Part shown: piece after piece, positions 28,277 through 36,643 of the stretch | Numbering within the stretch: position 1 is the stretch's first letter | Layout: every line of letters starts with the position of its first letter | Assembly (NCBI GenBank): GCA_026708965.1 | Contig: JAPOTY010000037.1 | Span: forward strand, 89,949 to 153,948 | Direction: 5' to 3' | Origin: Gammaproteobacteria bacterium | GTDB lineage: Bacteria > Pseudomonadota > Gammaproteobacteria > Steroidobacterales > Foliamicaceae | Length of the DNA stretch: 64,000 bases | The notes under the pieces: model-generated | Databases searched by the model: none | Seen by the model: only the letters and a program-made list of their open reading frames with translations | What the model was told of the DNA's origin: nothing | Made by a program: the position numbers and the translations under genes

Positions 28277-29131
28277 TCAGTTCGGCATGCTGCCGCTCTG
28301 GCGTTTGGGCTTGAACTTTACATCGAACCAGCCAAACGAGCCGAAATCAACACGCGCTGCGGAGGATACCGACACGCCATGAATGCCGGTGACCGCACCG
28401 GTCGAAATCAACGTTCCTTCGGGAAGCTCGATATCCCGGCGCGCGGCAAGGCCCAAGAGAAACCGCAACGCCGCCAGCGGGCCGCCCGGCACGGCATTGG
28501 CCGCCGCAGCGCCCGCAACGGCGCCGTCGATCATCACTTTCGCCGTCAGAGAGTCCAAATTCCCGGAACGCCAATTGGCGACTGCGGGCCCTAAGAGCAA
28601 TCCGGCGTTGTTGCCGAAGTCGGAAATCACGCCGGCCGGCCCCAGCTCGTTGATTGCGGCCATGGGGCTGCTGGCGATCTCCGCTCCCACGAATAGCGAA
28701 GACACCAAGGCGGCCAGGTCCGCATTGGAGTATTCCTTTGCCGACGGCTGGACGGCGCAGCCAAGCTCCAGAATGAATTCCGCTTCCACCGCCGCGAATC
28801 CGCCGGCGTAAATCGGCATGGTCCTAGTGCCGCCGGACTCTATGCCGACAATGGAGGATTTGAAGATCGGGCCGGCCAAGCGTTCATCATCCGCTCGCAG
28901 CTGATCATCAGCCGGGATCATCCCGATCTTCCAGCCGCCGACCGCATCTCCCCAACGCGCTATGGATGCCGTTTGGATCGCGTACGCCCCGTCCAATGAA
29001 TCGGGCAGGGCGCCCGGAAAGCCCGGCAATGCCTCGGCGGCCACTCGCGCAGCCACCAAGCGCCTAGAGATCGCGTCAAGCTCTGGCGGTAGTGCGTCGG
29101 GTTCCGCCTTAGTGCCCAACGGGGTACTCAT
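28277..29131 (-). CDS. 2-keto-4-pentenoate hydratase / FAH-family hydratase-decarboxylase-like protein
   Basis: 284 aa. AYAIQ...GGWKIG...EAEF pattern of the MhpD/COG3971 family. The assignment is to family only. Confidence 0.65.
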   Translation of the reverse strand: MSTPLGTKAEPDALPPELDAISRRLVAARVAAEALPGFPGALPDSLDGAYAIQTASIARWGDAVGGWKIGMIPADDQLRADDERLAGPIFKSSIVGIESGGTRTMPIYAGGFAAVEAEFILELGCAVQPSAKEYSNADLAALVSSLFVGAEIASSPMAAINELGPAGVISDFGNNAGLLLGPAVANWRSGNLDSLTAKVMIDGAVAGAAAANAVPGGPLAALRFLLGLAARRDIELPEGTLISTGAVTGIHGVSVSSAARVDFGSFGWFDVKFKPKRQSGSMPN

Positions 29132-29162
29132 GGCAGGCCCCGGGGCATTTCCGGGACCTGCC
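29132..29162 (-). other. GC-rich hairpin (GGCAGG-n-CCCGG / CCGGG-n-CCTGCC) abutting the hydratase start codon, downstream of the TonB-receptor gene
   Basis: Arms read directly: 29132..29137 with 29157..29162, and 29139..29143 with 29151..29155. No U-tract follows, so it is not a canonical intrinsic terminator. Confidence 0.3.
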
Positions 29163-29195
29163 TGCGAAATGGGAAGCCGTCATCGATGCCCTCTT

Positions 29196-32099
29196 TCAGA
29201 AGCGGTAGATTCCGCCGATAACGATGCGCCTGTCGGGGAGGCCAACGAAGCAAAGCGGCCCAGTTGTGCTGACGCAATGCTGATCAATCCGCTCTTCGGT
29301 CAGGTTGACCACTTCAAGGCCCACATCCAGATGATCGTTCACCGAGTAGTTGACGCTGGCATTCAGCTGGCCTCTGTCGAGCGTATGGACCGGGAAGCTG
29401 AACGTGCTGCTGCCGCTGGTATTGGCGCCGCCTCCGAAGTCCTGGGTGCGGAAAGACTCGCGCCACGTGTAGCGCGCTCTTGCCGACAGGCCGTGCTTCT
29501 CGTAGTAGAGCGTGATGTTGTACGCATCCTCGGAAAAGTCGAGCAGCCCCCGAGGAATGCAGATATCGGGGCCGAGAACCTGCGCGCCGCGCCCCGACGT
29601 GCAATCCACGATCGAGCCGCCGCTGAAATCCTGGTGGGTGTAGTTGAAAATGACGCCGAAGCCGGATGCCCAGCCCAAACGCTCCTCGAACCTCGAGAGG
29701 TCGTACTGGAAGGCAAACTCGAAACCGGACTGGGTGGTGGTTGACGGGTCGTTGGTCCAGGTTTGGTAGTCAACGCATAATCCCAAGGTGTTGGGGTCGC
29801 CCAATATGTTGGGTATGACCGTTGGGTTCCAGATGCCGCCGCCCGGGCAATTGGGATCGGTTTCGCGCGCAAGGCCGCCGGTGGCAGTTGGATCGTCAAC
29901 CAGCAAGGCGCCCTCGAAGACCTGCCCGATGATGTCTGTGCGATCCTTCGTGAAGTAACCTAGGCTCACCAGCGCCGACTCGGCAAAGTACCACTCGACC
30001 GCCAAATCCAACGAATCCACCTCCTCGGGCTTGAGGTTGGGGTTGCCTTGGTCGATGGCGGAGTTCTCCTGATTGTCAGCCGCGAAAGCGGTGCTTATCC
30101 TGTTGAAGCCAGGGCGCCGTATATCCGCGCCGTAGCCGAATCGAACGATCGCGTTTTCGCTGACCTCGGCTGCCACATTCAATCGCGGCAGCAGGAAGTC
30201 GTACTGGCCTTTGGTGGATTCCAGCGATCGGTTGCCCGCGGCGTCCTCGAAGCCGTACGCCACCGAATCGACCTCGGTCTCAACGTAGCGCACGCCTGCG
30301 TTGCCGCGAAAAATACCGGCCTCGAAGTTCACTTGCGCATACAAAGCCGTGGTTTCTTCGCTCACGTCATAGAACTGGTTCTGATCGGACATGAGGTTGG
30401 CAGTGTCCGGGCTGGCCGGATCATGCGCCACGACCGCCGCCTCCAGAATGGCCAGCGTGCCGTCCGGGTCGGAAAAGGCGCGGTCCGGATCCACCAGCAG
30501 GAAATCGCGAATGAACAATGTTCTGCCGTCGCCCTTGTCGAAGTTGTTAGGCCCCGGCACCAGCAATTCCGAGAACAAGGCGCCGTTCGGGCTGTCCACC
30601 ATCCGGCTGAAGCCGCCAATCCGGTCCTGGATGCGGTTGAACTGGCTTGAGGACTCGCCATAGCGGATACCGAAGTCGAGCGTGGTGATGCCGTATGAGT
30701 CCGCATTCCAGGCGAAGTCCATGCGGAATGCGTTTTCTTCGTTCTCGGTTGTGTTGCGGCCAATGATGACTTGGTCCAGAACCACATTGGCGGAATCCAA
30801 AAGATCGGCCTGCGCCGGCGCGAAGGGCGAATCGAAATTGATGCCCCACGCCAGCGTGCCGCCGGACAAGTCATAGATAAACGGCACGCAGTTGTCGTTG
30901 CTGCTGCCATCGAGAGGGCAGTTCGGGTTGATGAAGTTCAACGTCGTGCTCAGGTTGGGGTTGGACGTGTCCGACATGCTCATTGCGTACTCGGCGCTTG
31001 CGGACCATCTTCCGCCTTCCCAGTCGCCGCCGAGCGCAATGATTTGGCTATCGGTGACGCGGGAGCCCGTATCGCTTGAGAAACGCAGGTTGGGATCGTC
31101 GTCATCGTTGTCCAGGTCCGGCTCAAGCGTGCCCCGAAGCGCCGCCGGGAACCTGCCGGGACCGATGCCGAAATCAACCGTTTCGTAGGCCGTGGGGACG
31201 CTGAGGTTTCTCAGCGTGCTGACGCCGGATGCTTGAAGCCGGTAGCTGTCCTGGCTCCGCTCCTGATCGTTGATCACGATATCGACATGGAAATTCAGAC
31301 TGTCGCTGGGCGCCCACTCGAAGGTTGATGCCAAGTTGACGGTCTCGTAGTCGTAGTTTTCCTGCTCCTGGACTAGGAACTGGATGCCGAGGAATTCAGC
31401 TGGATCGACGGCGGCTGGCGGCGAAACGCGGTTGTCGCGGTCGGTTCGAGGACGGAACGACACCGATTCCTGCTCGGTGTAGCTGCCGCTGATCACAAAA
31501 CCCACTTCGCCCGCGCCCGTTGACCATTTGTCGCCAAATGCGCCAGAGAATCTTGGCGTCATGCTTTCGGAGCTGAGGCTGCTGTCCTCGTATTGGACCC
31601 TCAGCGCCCCCAATGTGGCCGGCAGGTCAAGCGGGCGTATCGTCTTGAGATTGATGGTGCCGCCAACAGAGCCTTCGATGGTTTGGGCATCGGGCGACTT
31701 GGTGACTTCCACCGCCGAAATAATCGCCGGATTGACATCCTCAAAATTGATGCCGCTGCGACCGGAACCCGAATTGACGGTGGAGACCCCATTGAATTCG
31801 ATCCGGTTTGAATTGGTGCCGCGGATCTGAACGCCGGTGCCGACGCCGGCGGTGCGGGTGATCTGGATGCCGGTGATGTTTTCCAGCACTTCCGCAAGGT
31901 TTTGATCGGGCAGTTTGCCGATATCCTCCGCAATAATCACTTCGACCAGTTGGTCCGAGTCCCGCTTTTGGTCCACGGCGGCAGCCAAGGATCCGCGGAT
32001 GCCTGTGACGACAATCTCCTCCAAAGCCCCGTCGTCCTGCGCAACGGCCGCAGGGGAAAAGATCAGCGCCAGCGCAGCGATGCCGGATTGATATTTCAT
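29196..32099 (-). CDS. TonB-dependent outer-membrane receptor
   Basis: 967 aa with a signal peptide. Plug region EEIVVTGIR...DIGKLPDQNLAEVLENITGIQITR. Terminal aromatic residue (...GGIYRF). Confidence 0.95.
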   Translation of the reverse strand: MKYQSGIAALALIFSPAAVAQDDGALEEIVVTGIRGSLAAAVDQKRDSDQLVEVIIAEDIGKLPDQNLAEVLENITGIQITRTAGVGTGVQIRGTNSNRIEFNGVSTVNSGSGRSGINFEDVNPAIISAVEVTKSPDAQTIEGSVGGTINLKTIRPLDLPATLGALRVQYEDSSLSSESMTPRFSGAFGDKWSTGAGEVGFVISGSYTEQESVSFRPRTDRDNRVSPPAAVDPAEFLGIQFLVQEQENYDYETVNLASTFEWAPSDSLNFHVDIVINDQERSQDSYRLQASGVSTLRNLSVPTAYETVDFGIGPGRFPAALRGTLEPDLDNDDDDPNLRFSSDTGSRVTDSQIIALGGDWEGGRWSASAEYAMSMSDTSNPNLSTTLNFINPNCPLDGSSNDNCVPFIYDLSGGTLAWGINFDSPFAPAQADLLDSANVVLDQVIIGRNTTENEENAFRMDFAWNADSYGITTLDFGIRYGESSSQFNRIQDRIGGFSRMVDSPNGALFSELLVPGPNNFDKGDGRTLFIRDFLLVDPDRAFSDPDGTLAILEAAVVAHDPASPDTANLMSDQNQFYDVSEETTALYAQVNFEAGIFRGNAGVRYVETEVDSVAYGFEDAAGNRSLESTKGQYDFLLPRLNVAAEVSENAIVRFGYGADIRRPGFNRISTAFAADNQENSAIDQGNPNLKPEEVDSLDLAVEWYFAESALVSLGYFTKDRTDIIGQVFEGALLVDDPTATGGLARETDPNCPGGGIWNPTVIPNILGDPNTLGLCVDYQTWTNDPSTTTQSGFEFAFQYDLSRFEERLGWASGFGVIFNYTHQDFSGGSIVDCTSGRGAQVLGPDICIPRGLLDFSEDAYNITLYYEKHGLSARARYTWRESFRTQDFGGGANTSGSSTFSFPVHTLDRGQLNASVNYSVNDHLDVGLEVVNLTEERIDQHCVSTTGPLCFVGLPDRRIVIGGIYRF

Positions 32100-32173
32100 A
32101 GGATGCCTCCCCGGTGGGTTTTATCACCTAGCAATGGATGGCCTCATTCGGCCCCTACCCAAGATACTTAATA

Positions 32174-32187
32174 TTACACCGGTGTCA
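32174..32187. promoter_or_regulatory. Candidate LacI-type operator TTACACCGGTGTCA (10-bp perfect core ACACCGGTGT)
   Basis: Palindrome read directly, in the AT-rich divergent region between the TonB-receptor gene and the beta-helix gene. No second copy was found in the window. Confidence 0.3.
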
Positions 32188-32313
32188 ATAGTGCCTATAT
32201 TAACGACAAAAGAGAGGCCAGCGAAGCAAGTTTGCCATGCCGATTTTGCCTTGCTAATATGGGGCGCGGAACAGCCATTACCAAGACTGCCTTGATTCAG
32301 AGGTGTCAAATAA

Positions 32314-34011
32314 ATGATATATAAGCGCTTATTACCGCCGTTTGGCGTGGTGCTCCTGATTCTCAGCCTGTCGGCCTTGGTCGCGGACCAGTCACGGAAC
32401 GAACTCCCCGCTTTATTGTCCATAGAGACAATAAAGCGGGAGAACTACCTGCCGGATTTTTCTTTTGCGGGATACGGGAATGGCTTGGCCGCCATGCCGG
32501 ACGCATCCGGAACCGTGATCGAGGTTGACGATTTCGGCGCCTCCGCCAACGACCAGGTGGACGATACGCAGGCGGTTCTGGCTGCGATAGCGCATGCAAA
32601 TGGCGTGGACGGTCCCGTGATCGTGCGGTTTTCGACCGGGCGATATATCGTCTCGGGAGTAATGAAAATAGAACGCTCGGATTTTGTCCTGCAGGGCGCA
32701 GGCTCCGGCGCAGGCGGCACCGTTCTTTACTTTCCCCGGCCCTTAAAGCAAGTTGATAGAAGCGCTTCTCTGGATGAACTCAGAAAGTACTTGGTGGAGC
32801 TCGACAAGCGCGAGTTTGACCCGGACAGGAATCTCAACGACTATTTCTCCGAATATTCATGGAGCGGCGGATTCATCTGGATACAGAAGCCGGGAATGCG
32901 GGCGGCGCCGTACTTGGTTGAATACGACCCGGAGATCGAAAAACTGGCGGATATCGAGGCCGGCGCCAGAGGTGCCCGGACCATCACGCTGGCCTCGGTG
33001 GCCGATATCGACCCGGGCGACATCATTCAACTGCAATGGATCAACCGCGCGGGGCCCGATGCCGGAATCATCAAATCGCTCTACGGAGCGGAATACCGAA
33101 GCGCGGGCTCCCATCATTGGTCTTTTCCGGAGCGGCCGCTTGTCCGCCAGACATCCCGGGTGCTGCGGGTCGATGGCCGCAATGTGCAGCTGGCTGACCC
33201 GCTGCTGCATGATGCGAATGACGCGATACCGGCGCAGGTGGCCGCGTGGGACGGCTTGCGGCGCGTCGGGATCGAAGATATCAGGCTCGAGTTTCCCGAC
33301 TCGCCGTTCTTCGGCCACCATTTGGAGCGCGGCTACAACGGAATCTATTTCACCAGCTCGTTCGATTCCTGGGTGCGGAATATCCGCATCACCAACGCCG
33401 ACAGCGGCATCCTGAGCTACAACAGCGCTAGCTTGACCTACAAGGATGTCATAACCGATGGCGCCCGGCGCGCCCACTACGCCGTGCATATGGGCAACGT
33501 GCATAATGTGCTAGCGGAGAACATTACCATTATGAACCCGGTTCTGCATTCGTTGTCGTTCAATACCCAATCAACCAAATGCGTGTTCAAGAACGCCGAG
33601 GTTTTCGTTAGCCCCGCGCTCGACCAGCATGCCGGCGCCAATCATCAAAACCTATTCGACAACGTCACCTTGCATATGCGGGCAGTCCGAAGCGACGACG
33701 GGCCGGTTGTTGCGGTGTTTGACGGAAGCGGCGCCGGCTACTGGCAGCCCGGCCATGGCGGATTCAACACCACTTGGAATTTGCGCGTGCTGATTACAGG
33801 CGGGGCGTACGCGAATGAAGCCGTTACGGTGCAGGGCCTGGACGAAGGGCCGATGGCCCGCATTGTCGGGCTGCACGGCAACCGGGAATTCAAACTGGAT
33901 TACCGGCCCGCGCCGTATGTCGAAAGGCTCAACCAGCCGCTTGAATCGGTTCCTTCCCTCTACGAGTATCAAAGGCGTGAACGCCTCGTGGTGAACCCGC
34001 ACATCTATTGA
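32314..34011 (+). CDS. Secreted right-handed beta-helix protein (pectate-lyase-3 / GH28-GH55-related superfamily), function unknown
   Basis: 565 aa with a signal peptide. VIEVDDFGASANDQVDDTQAVLAAIAHA...RFSTGRYIV is the typical N-terminal cap of this superfamily. Confidence 0.75.
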   Translation: MIYKRLLPPFGVVLLILSLSALVADQSRNELPALLSIETIKRENYLPDFSFAGYGNGLAAMPDASGTVIEVDDFGASANDQVDDTQAVLAAIAHANGVDGPVIVRFSTGRYIVSGVMKIERSDFVLQGAGSGAGGTVLYFPRPLKQVDRSASLDELRKYLVELDKREFDPDRNLNDYFSEYSWSGGFIWIQKPGMRAAPYLVEYDPEIEKLADIEAGARGARTITLASVADIDPGDIIQLQWINRAGPDAGIIKSLYGAEYRSAGSHHWSFPERPLVRQTSRVLRVDGRNVQLADPLLHDANDAIPAQVAAWDGLRRVGIEDIRLEFPDSPFFGHHLERGYNGIYFTSSFDSWVRNIRITNADSGILSYNSASLTYKDVITDGARRAHYAVHMGNVHNVLAENITIMNPVLHSLSFNTQSTKCVFKNAEVFVSPALDQHAGANHQNLFDNVTLHMRAVRSDDGPVVAVFDGSGAGYWQPGHGGFNTTWNLRVLITGGAYANEAVTVQGLDEGPMARIVGLHGNREFKLDYRPAPYVERLNQPLESVPSLYEYQRRERLVVNPHIY

Positions 34012-34051
34012 ATCGAGTGATGCCTTGCTGCTAGACTCGGTGCCGCTTGAG

Positions 34052-34126
34052 GCGGGAATAGCTCAGTGGTAGAGCACAACCTTGCCAAGGTTGGGGTCGC
34101 GGGTTCAAGTCCCGTTTCCCGCTCCA
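34052..34126 (+). tRNA. tRNA-Gly (anticodon GCC), CCA encoded
   Basis: GCGGGAATAGCTCAGTGGTAGAGCACAACCTTGCCAAGGTTGGGGTCGCGGGTTCAAGTCCCGTTTCCCGCTCCA. Acceptor, D, anticodon and T arms all pair. Near-identical to E. coli tRNA-Gly(GCC) from memory. Confidence 0.95.
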
Positions 34127-34170
34127 TTTTTCCGGCGGATTTCAGCGCGGCGCGTTCTGCCGAATAGCCG

Positions 34171-34244
34171 GGCCAGGTGGCAGAGTGGCGATGCAGCGGA
34201 CTGCAAATCCGTGTACGCCGGTTCAATTCCGGCCCTGGCCTCCA
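34171..34244 (+). tRNA. tRNA-Cys (anticodon GCA), CCA encoded
   Basis: Acceptor GGCCAGG/CCTGGCC, anticodon loop CTGCAAA, T-loop GGTTCAATTCC, discriminator U. Confidence 0.95.
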
Positions 34245-34248
34245 GAAA

Positions 34249-35319
34249 TCAGTAGTTGATCGAGGGATTATCGCCGGGGTAGATCACGCCGGCCACCAGC
34301 ATGCTTTCGTCGCTGGTGCATTCCAGCGAATGGCGCTGCTTGCGGGGCAGGAAAATCACGTCGCCCGCCGCAACCGGCGTCTTCGCGTTGTCTGTCCAGA
34401 GGCAGCCTTCGCCGGAAACCACGATAAGCGTTTCCTCATAGAGATGGCGGTGGGCCGCGGCTTTCGACCGTGGAATTTCGCCGATGAACTGGGCGCCGTT
34501 CTCGAATCCCTGATGCTTATCGATCAGTACCTGGAAGAAACGGTCGGCCATCGGGGTGGCCTTGCCCCGGTCCATTGCGATGGTGCGGCCGGGATAGGCG
34601 GCATCGAAATAGCCGCCAACGCCGCGCCGCCACAAAGGGCCCCAGGAATACGGGAAAATGCTGGCATAAGCGGTGAGCGGCCGATCGGGCGGGGCGGTGA
34701 GCGCAAATATTTCCCCAGGGCGGACAAAAGCGCCGGTGCGGGAACCGAGCGCGAATATGCGGGGTCCGATGGCGAGTTCGCCCGAGCCGCTGGCGACGAA
34801 CAGGAGCACCTGCCGCCGCGGGAACTCCATGGCTTGCGAGTAGCCGGGCGGGATCGCGAGATGAAACTGCGACTGGTGCCGGGCGCCGTCCTCCGGGCCG
34901 ATGAGCTTGCGGACCTCAACGGTGCCTGCGCCTTCGTCAGGCAGTTGGTCGATCCGGCGGACCTGGCAGCTTCCGTCCAGCGCCACGCATCCCGGCGAAG
35001 CCTCTTCGGCGAGCGGGATGGCTTGGTTTTCCGGACTCATGGGATCGTCGGTCTCGTATTTTTCGCGGAGGTTGTTATGGCTGCCGTCGCAAAAGGGAGC
35101 GCTGGACGTGTGCTTGCAGCCGCAGAAGAGCACTTCCTCGCCGTTGGCTTTTGCCTGGTAGGGCAGGGGAACGATGCCGGTGCCCTTGTGCGAGCCGTCG
35201 CAGTACGGCTGGTTTTTCGACTGGCCGCAGGCGCACCAGAAATAGCGCTTGCCTTTCTCAAGCTCGGCGTAGCACGGCTTGTATTTGGCGATAACAGGTT
35301 GCTGGGTTGCGTCGCTCAT
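34249..35319 (-). CDS. Fusion protein: two CDGSH iron-sulfur (mitoNEET-type) motifs + bicupin
   Basis: CACGQSKNQPYCDGSH and CGCKHTSSAPFCDGSH are followed by two cupin barrels (...HRHLYEETLIVVSGEG...). Start chosen at MSDATQQ; an alternative ATG is at 35367. Confidence 0.8.
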   Translation of the reverse strand: MSDATQQPVIAKYKPCYAELEKGKRYFWCACGQSKNQPYCDGSHKGTGIVPLPYQAKANGEEVLFCGCKHTSSAPFCDGSHNNLREKYETDDPMSPENQAIPLAEEASPGCVALDGSCQVRRIDQLPDEGAGTVEVRKLIGPEDGARHQSQFHLAIPPGYSQAMEFPRRQVLLFVASGSGELAIGPRIFALGSRTGAFVRPGEIFALTAPPDRPLTAYASIFPYSWGPLWRRGVGGYFDAAYPGRTIAMDRGKATPMADRFFQVLIDKHQGFENGAQFIGEIPRSKAAAHRHLYEETLIVVSGEGCLWTDNAKTPVAAGDVIFLPRKQRHSLECTSDESMLVAGVIYPGDNPSINY

Positions 35320-35439
35320 CTGGCTTCTTGGCGCTGCCTGTTTTCCGGCGCTGGATTGCCTCTTCATTCTAGCTTCCCCGGCATCAGCTCCCTTGGCAAG
35401 GCAAAATTGGCGCTGCGAATCAAGAAAAGGGACCCGCTT

Positions 35440-36612
35440 ATGAAATGGCCCGCAGACCGCATTGCGCAGAGTTCGGAGAAGAGTTTCGGCATGTACGAGC
35501 AAGCCTTGCCGCTAATGGCGCAAGGCGTGGACGTGATCCATCTGGAGGTGGGCAGGCCCAGTTTCGACACGCCGGCGCATATCAAGGAGGCCTGCAAGGC
35601 CGCCTTGGATGCCGGAATGGTGCATTACGGCGATTTTTTGGGCAACGAGCCGTTTCGTCGGGCGCTGGCCCGGAAACTGGCGGCGCGAAACGGCATCCGG
35701 GCGGCGGCGGATGAGGTGCTCGTGACCAGCGGCTTGACGCATGGGGCCTACATCACCTGCATGGCGGCCCTGGATCCAGGCGATGAAGTTGTGCTGCTTT
35801 CTCCGTATTACCCGCAGCATATCAACAAGATCGAACTGGCTGGCGGGATGGTGGTGACGGCGCCGCTGGACCGCTCGCGCAATTTTGCGCTGGATGGCGC
35901 CGCGCTGCGCGAACGGCTGAGTCCGCGCACCCGGATGATCGTGCTGGTTAATCCGGCCAATCCAACAGGACGCGTCTATACCCGGGAAGAGCTGCGGGAA
36001 TTGGCGGATATCGCCATTGAGCGCGATCTGCTCGTGATGTCCGACGAGGTCTATGAACAGATCGTGTTCGATAATGCCCGCCATGTCAGCATCGCTTCGC
36101 TGCCCGGCATGCGGGAACGCACGATCACGCACTTCGCCTTCACCAAGGCCTATGCGATGGACGGTTGGCGCATGGGCTACGCGACGGCCCCCAAGCGGTT
36201 CATCGATGCCATGCTGAAGGTCTCGAAGAACGATATCGCCCACGTTAACGTGTTCATACAGGAAGGGGGGCGCGCGGCGGTGTCCGGCTCCCAGGAAGCC
36301 GTCGAGGATATGGTGCGCGAAGATTGCCGCCGCCGCGATTTGGTGGTGGAACGCATGAACGCGATGCCGGGCGTGCGCTGCCCGATGCCGGAAGGCAGCA
36401 TTTACGCTTTTCCGGATATTTCCGGGACCGGCTGGGACGACGCAGGCCTGGCGCGGGCGCTGCTCAAGGAAACCAGCGTTTGCGTGGAGGCGGGATCGTT
36501 CTACGGACAGGCAGGGGCGGGGCATCTGCGCGTCTGTTTCGGGGCCGAGCCCTACGAGCGGCTGGAAGTCGCGATGGACCGCATGCAGGCCTTCCTCGCT
36601 TCCCGCAGCTAA
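35440..36612 (+). CDS. Class I/II pyridoxal-phosphate-dependent aminotransferase
   Basis: Start at MKWPADR, inside the 811-aa track ORF. VIHLEVGRPSFDTP, NPANPTG and the FTKAYAMDGWRMGY (PLP-lysine region) are typical. Confidence 0.9.
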   Translation: MKWPADRIAQSSEKSFGMYEQALPLMAQGVDVIHLEVGRPSFDTPAHIKEACKAALDAGMVHYGDFLGNEPFRRALARKLAARNGIRAAADEVLVTSGLTHGAYITCMAALDPGDEVVLLSPYYPQHINKIELAGGMVVTAPLDRSRNFALDGAALRERLSPRTRMIVLVNPANPTGRVYTREELRELADIAIERDLLVMSDEVYEQIVFDNARHVSIASLPGMRERTITHFAFTKAYAMDGWRMGYATAPKRFIDAMLKVSKNDIAHVNVFIQEGGRAAVSGSQEAVEDMVREDCRRRDLVVERMNAMPGVRCPMPEGSIYAFPDISGTGWDDAGLARALLKETSVCVEAGSFYGQAGAGHLRVCFGAEPYERLEVAMDRMQAFLASRS

Positions 36613-36643
36613 TGCCTGCGGATTTTCGCCAAGTTTTGCGCGC

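Noticed and set aside
34177-35439. First 421 codons of the 811-aa plus-strand ORF
   Set aside because: This part starts inside tRNA-Cys and is antisense to the CDGSH-bicupin gene. Only the part from ATG 35440 shows aminotransferase homology.
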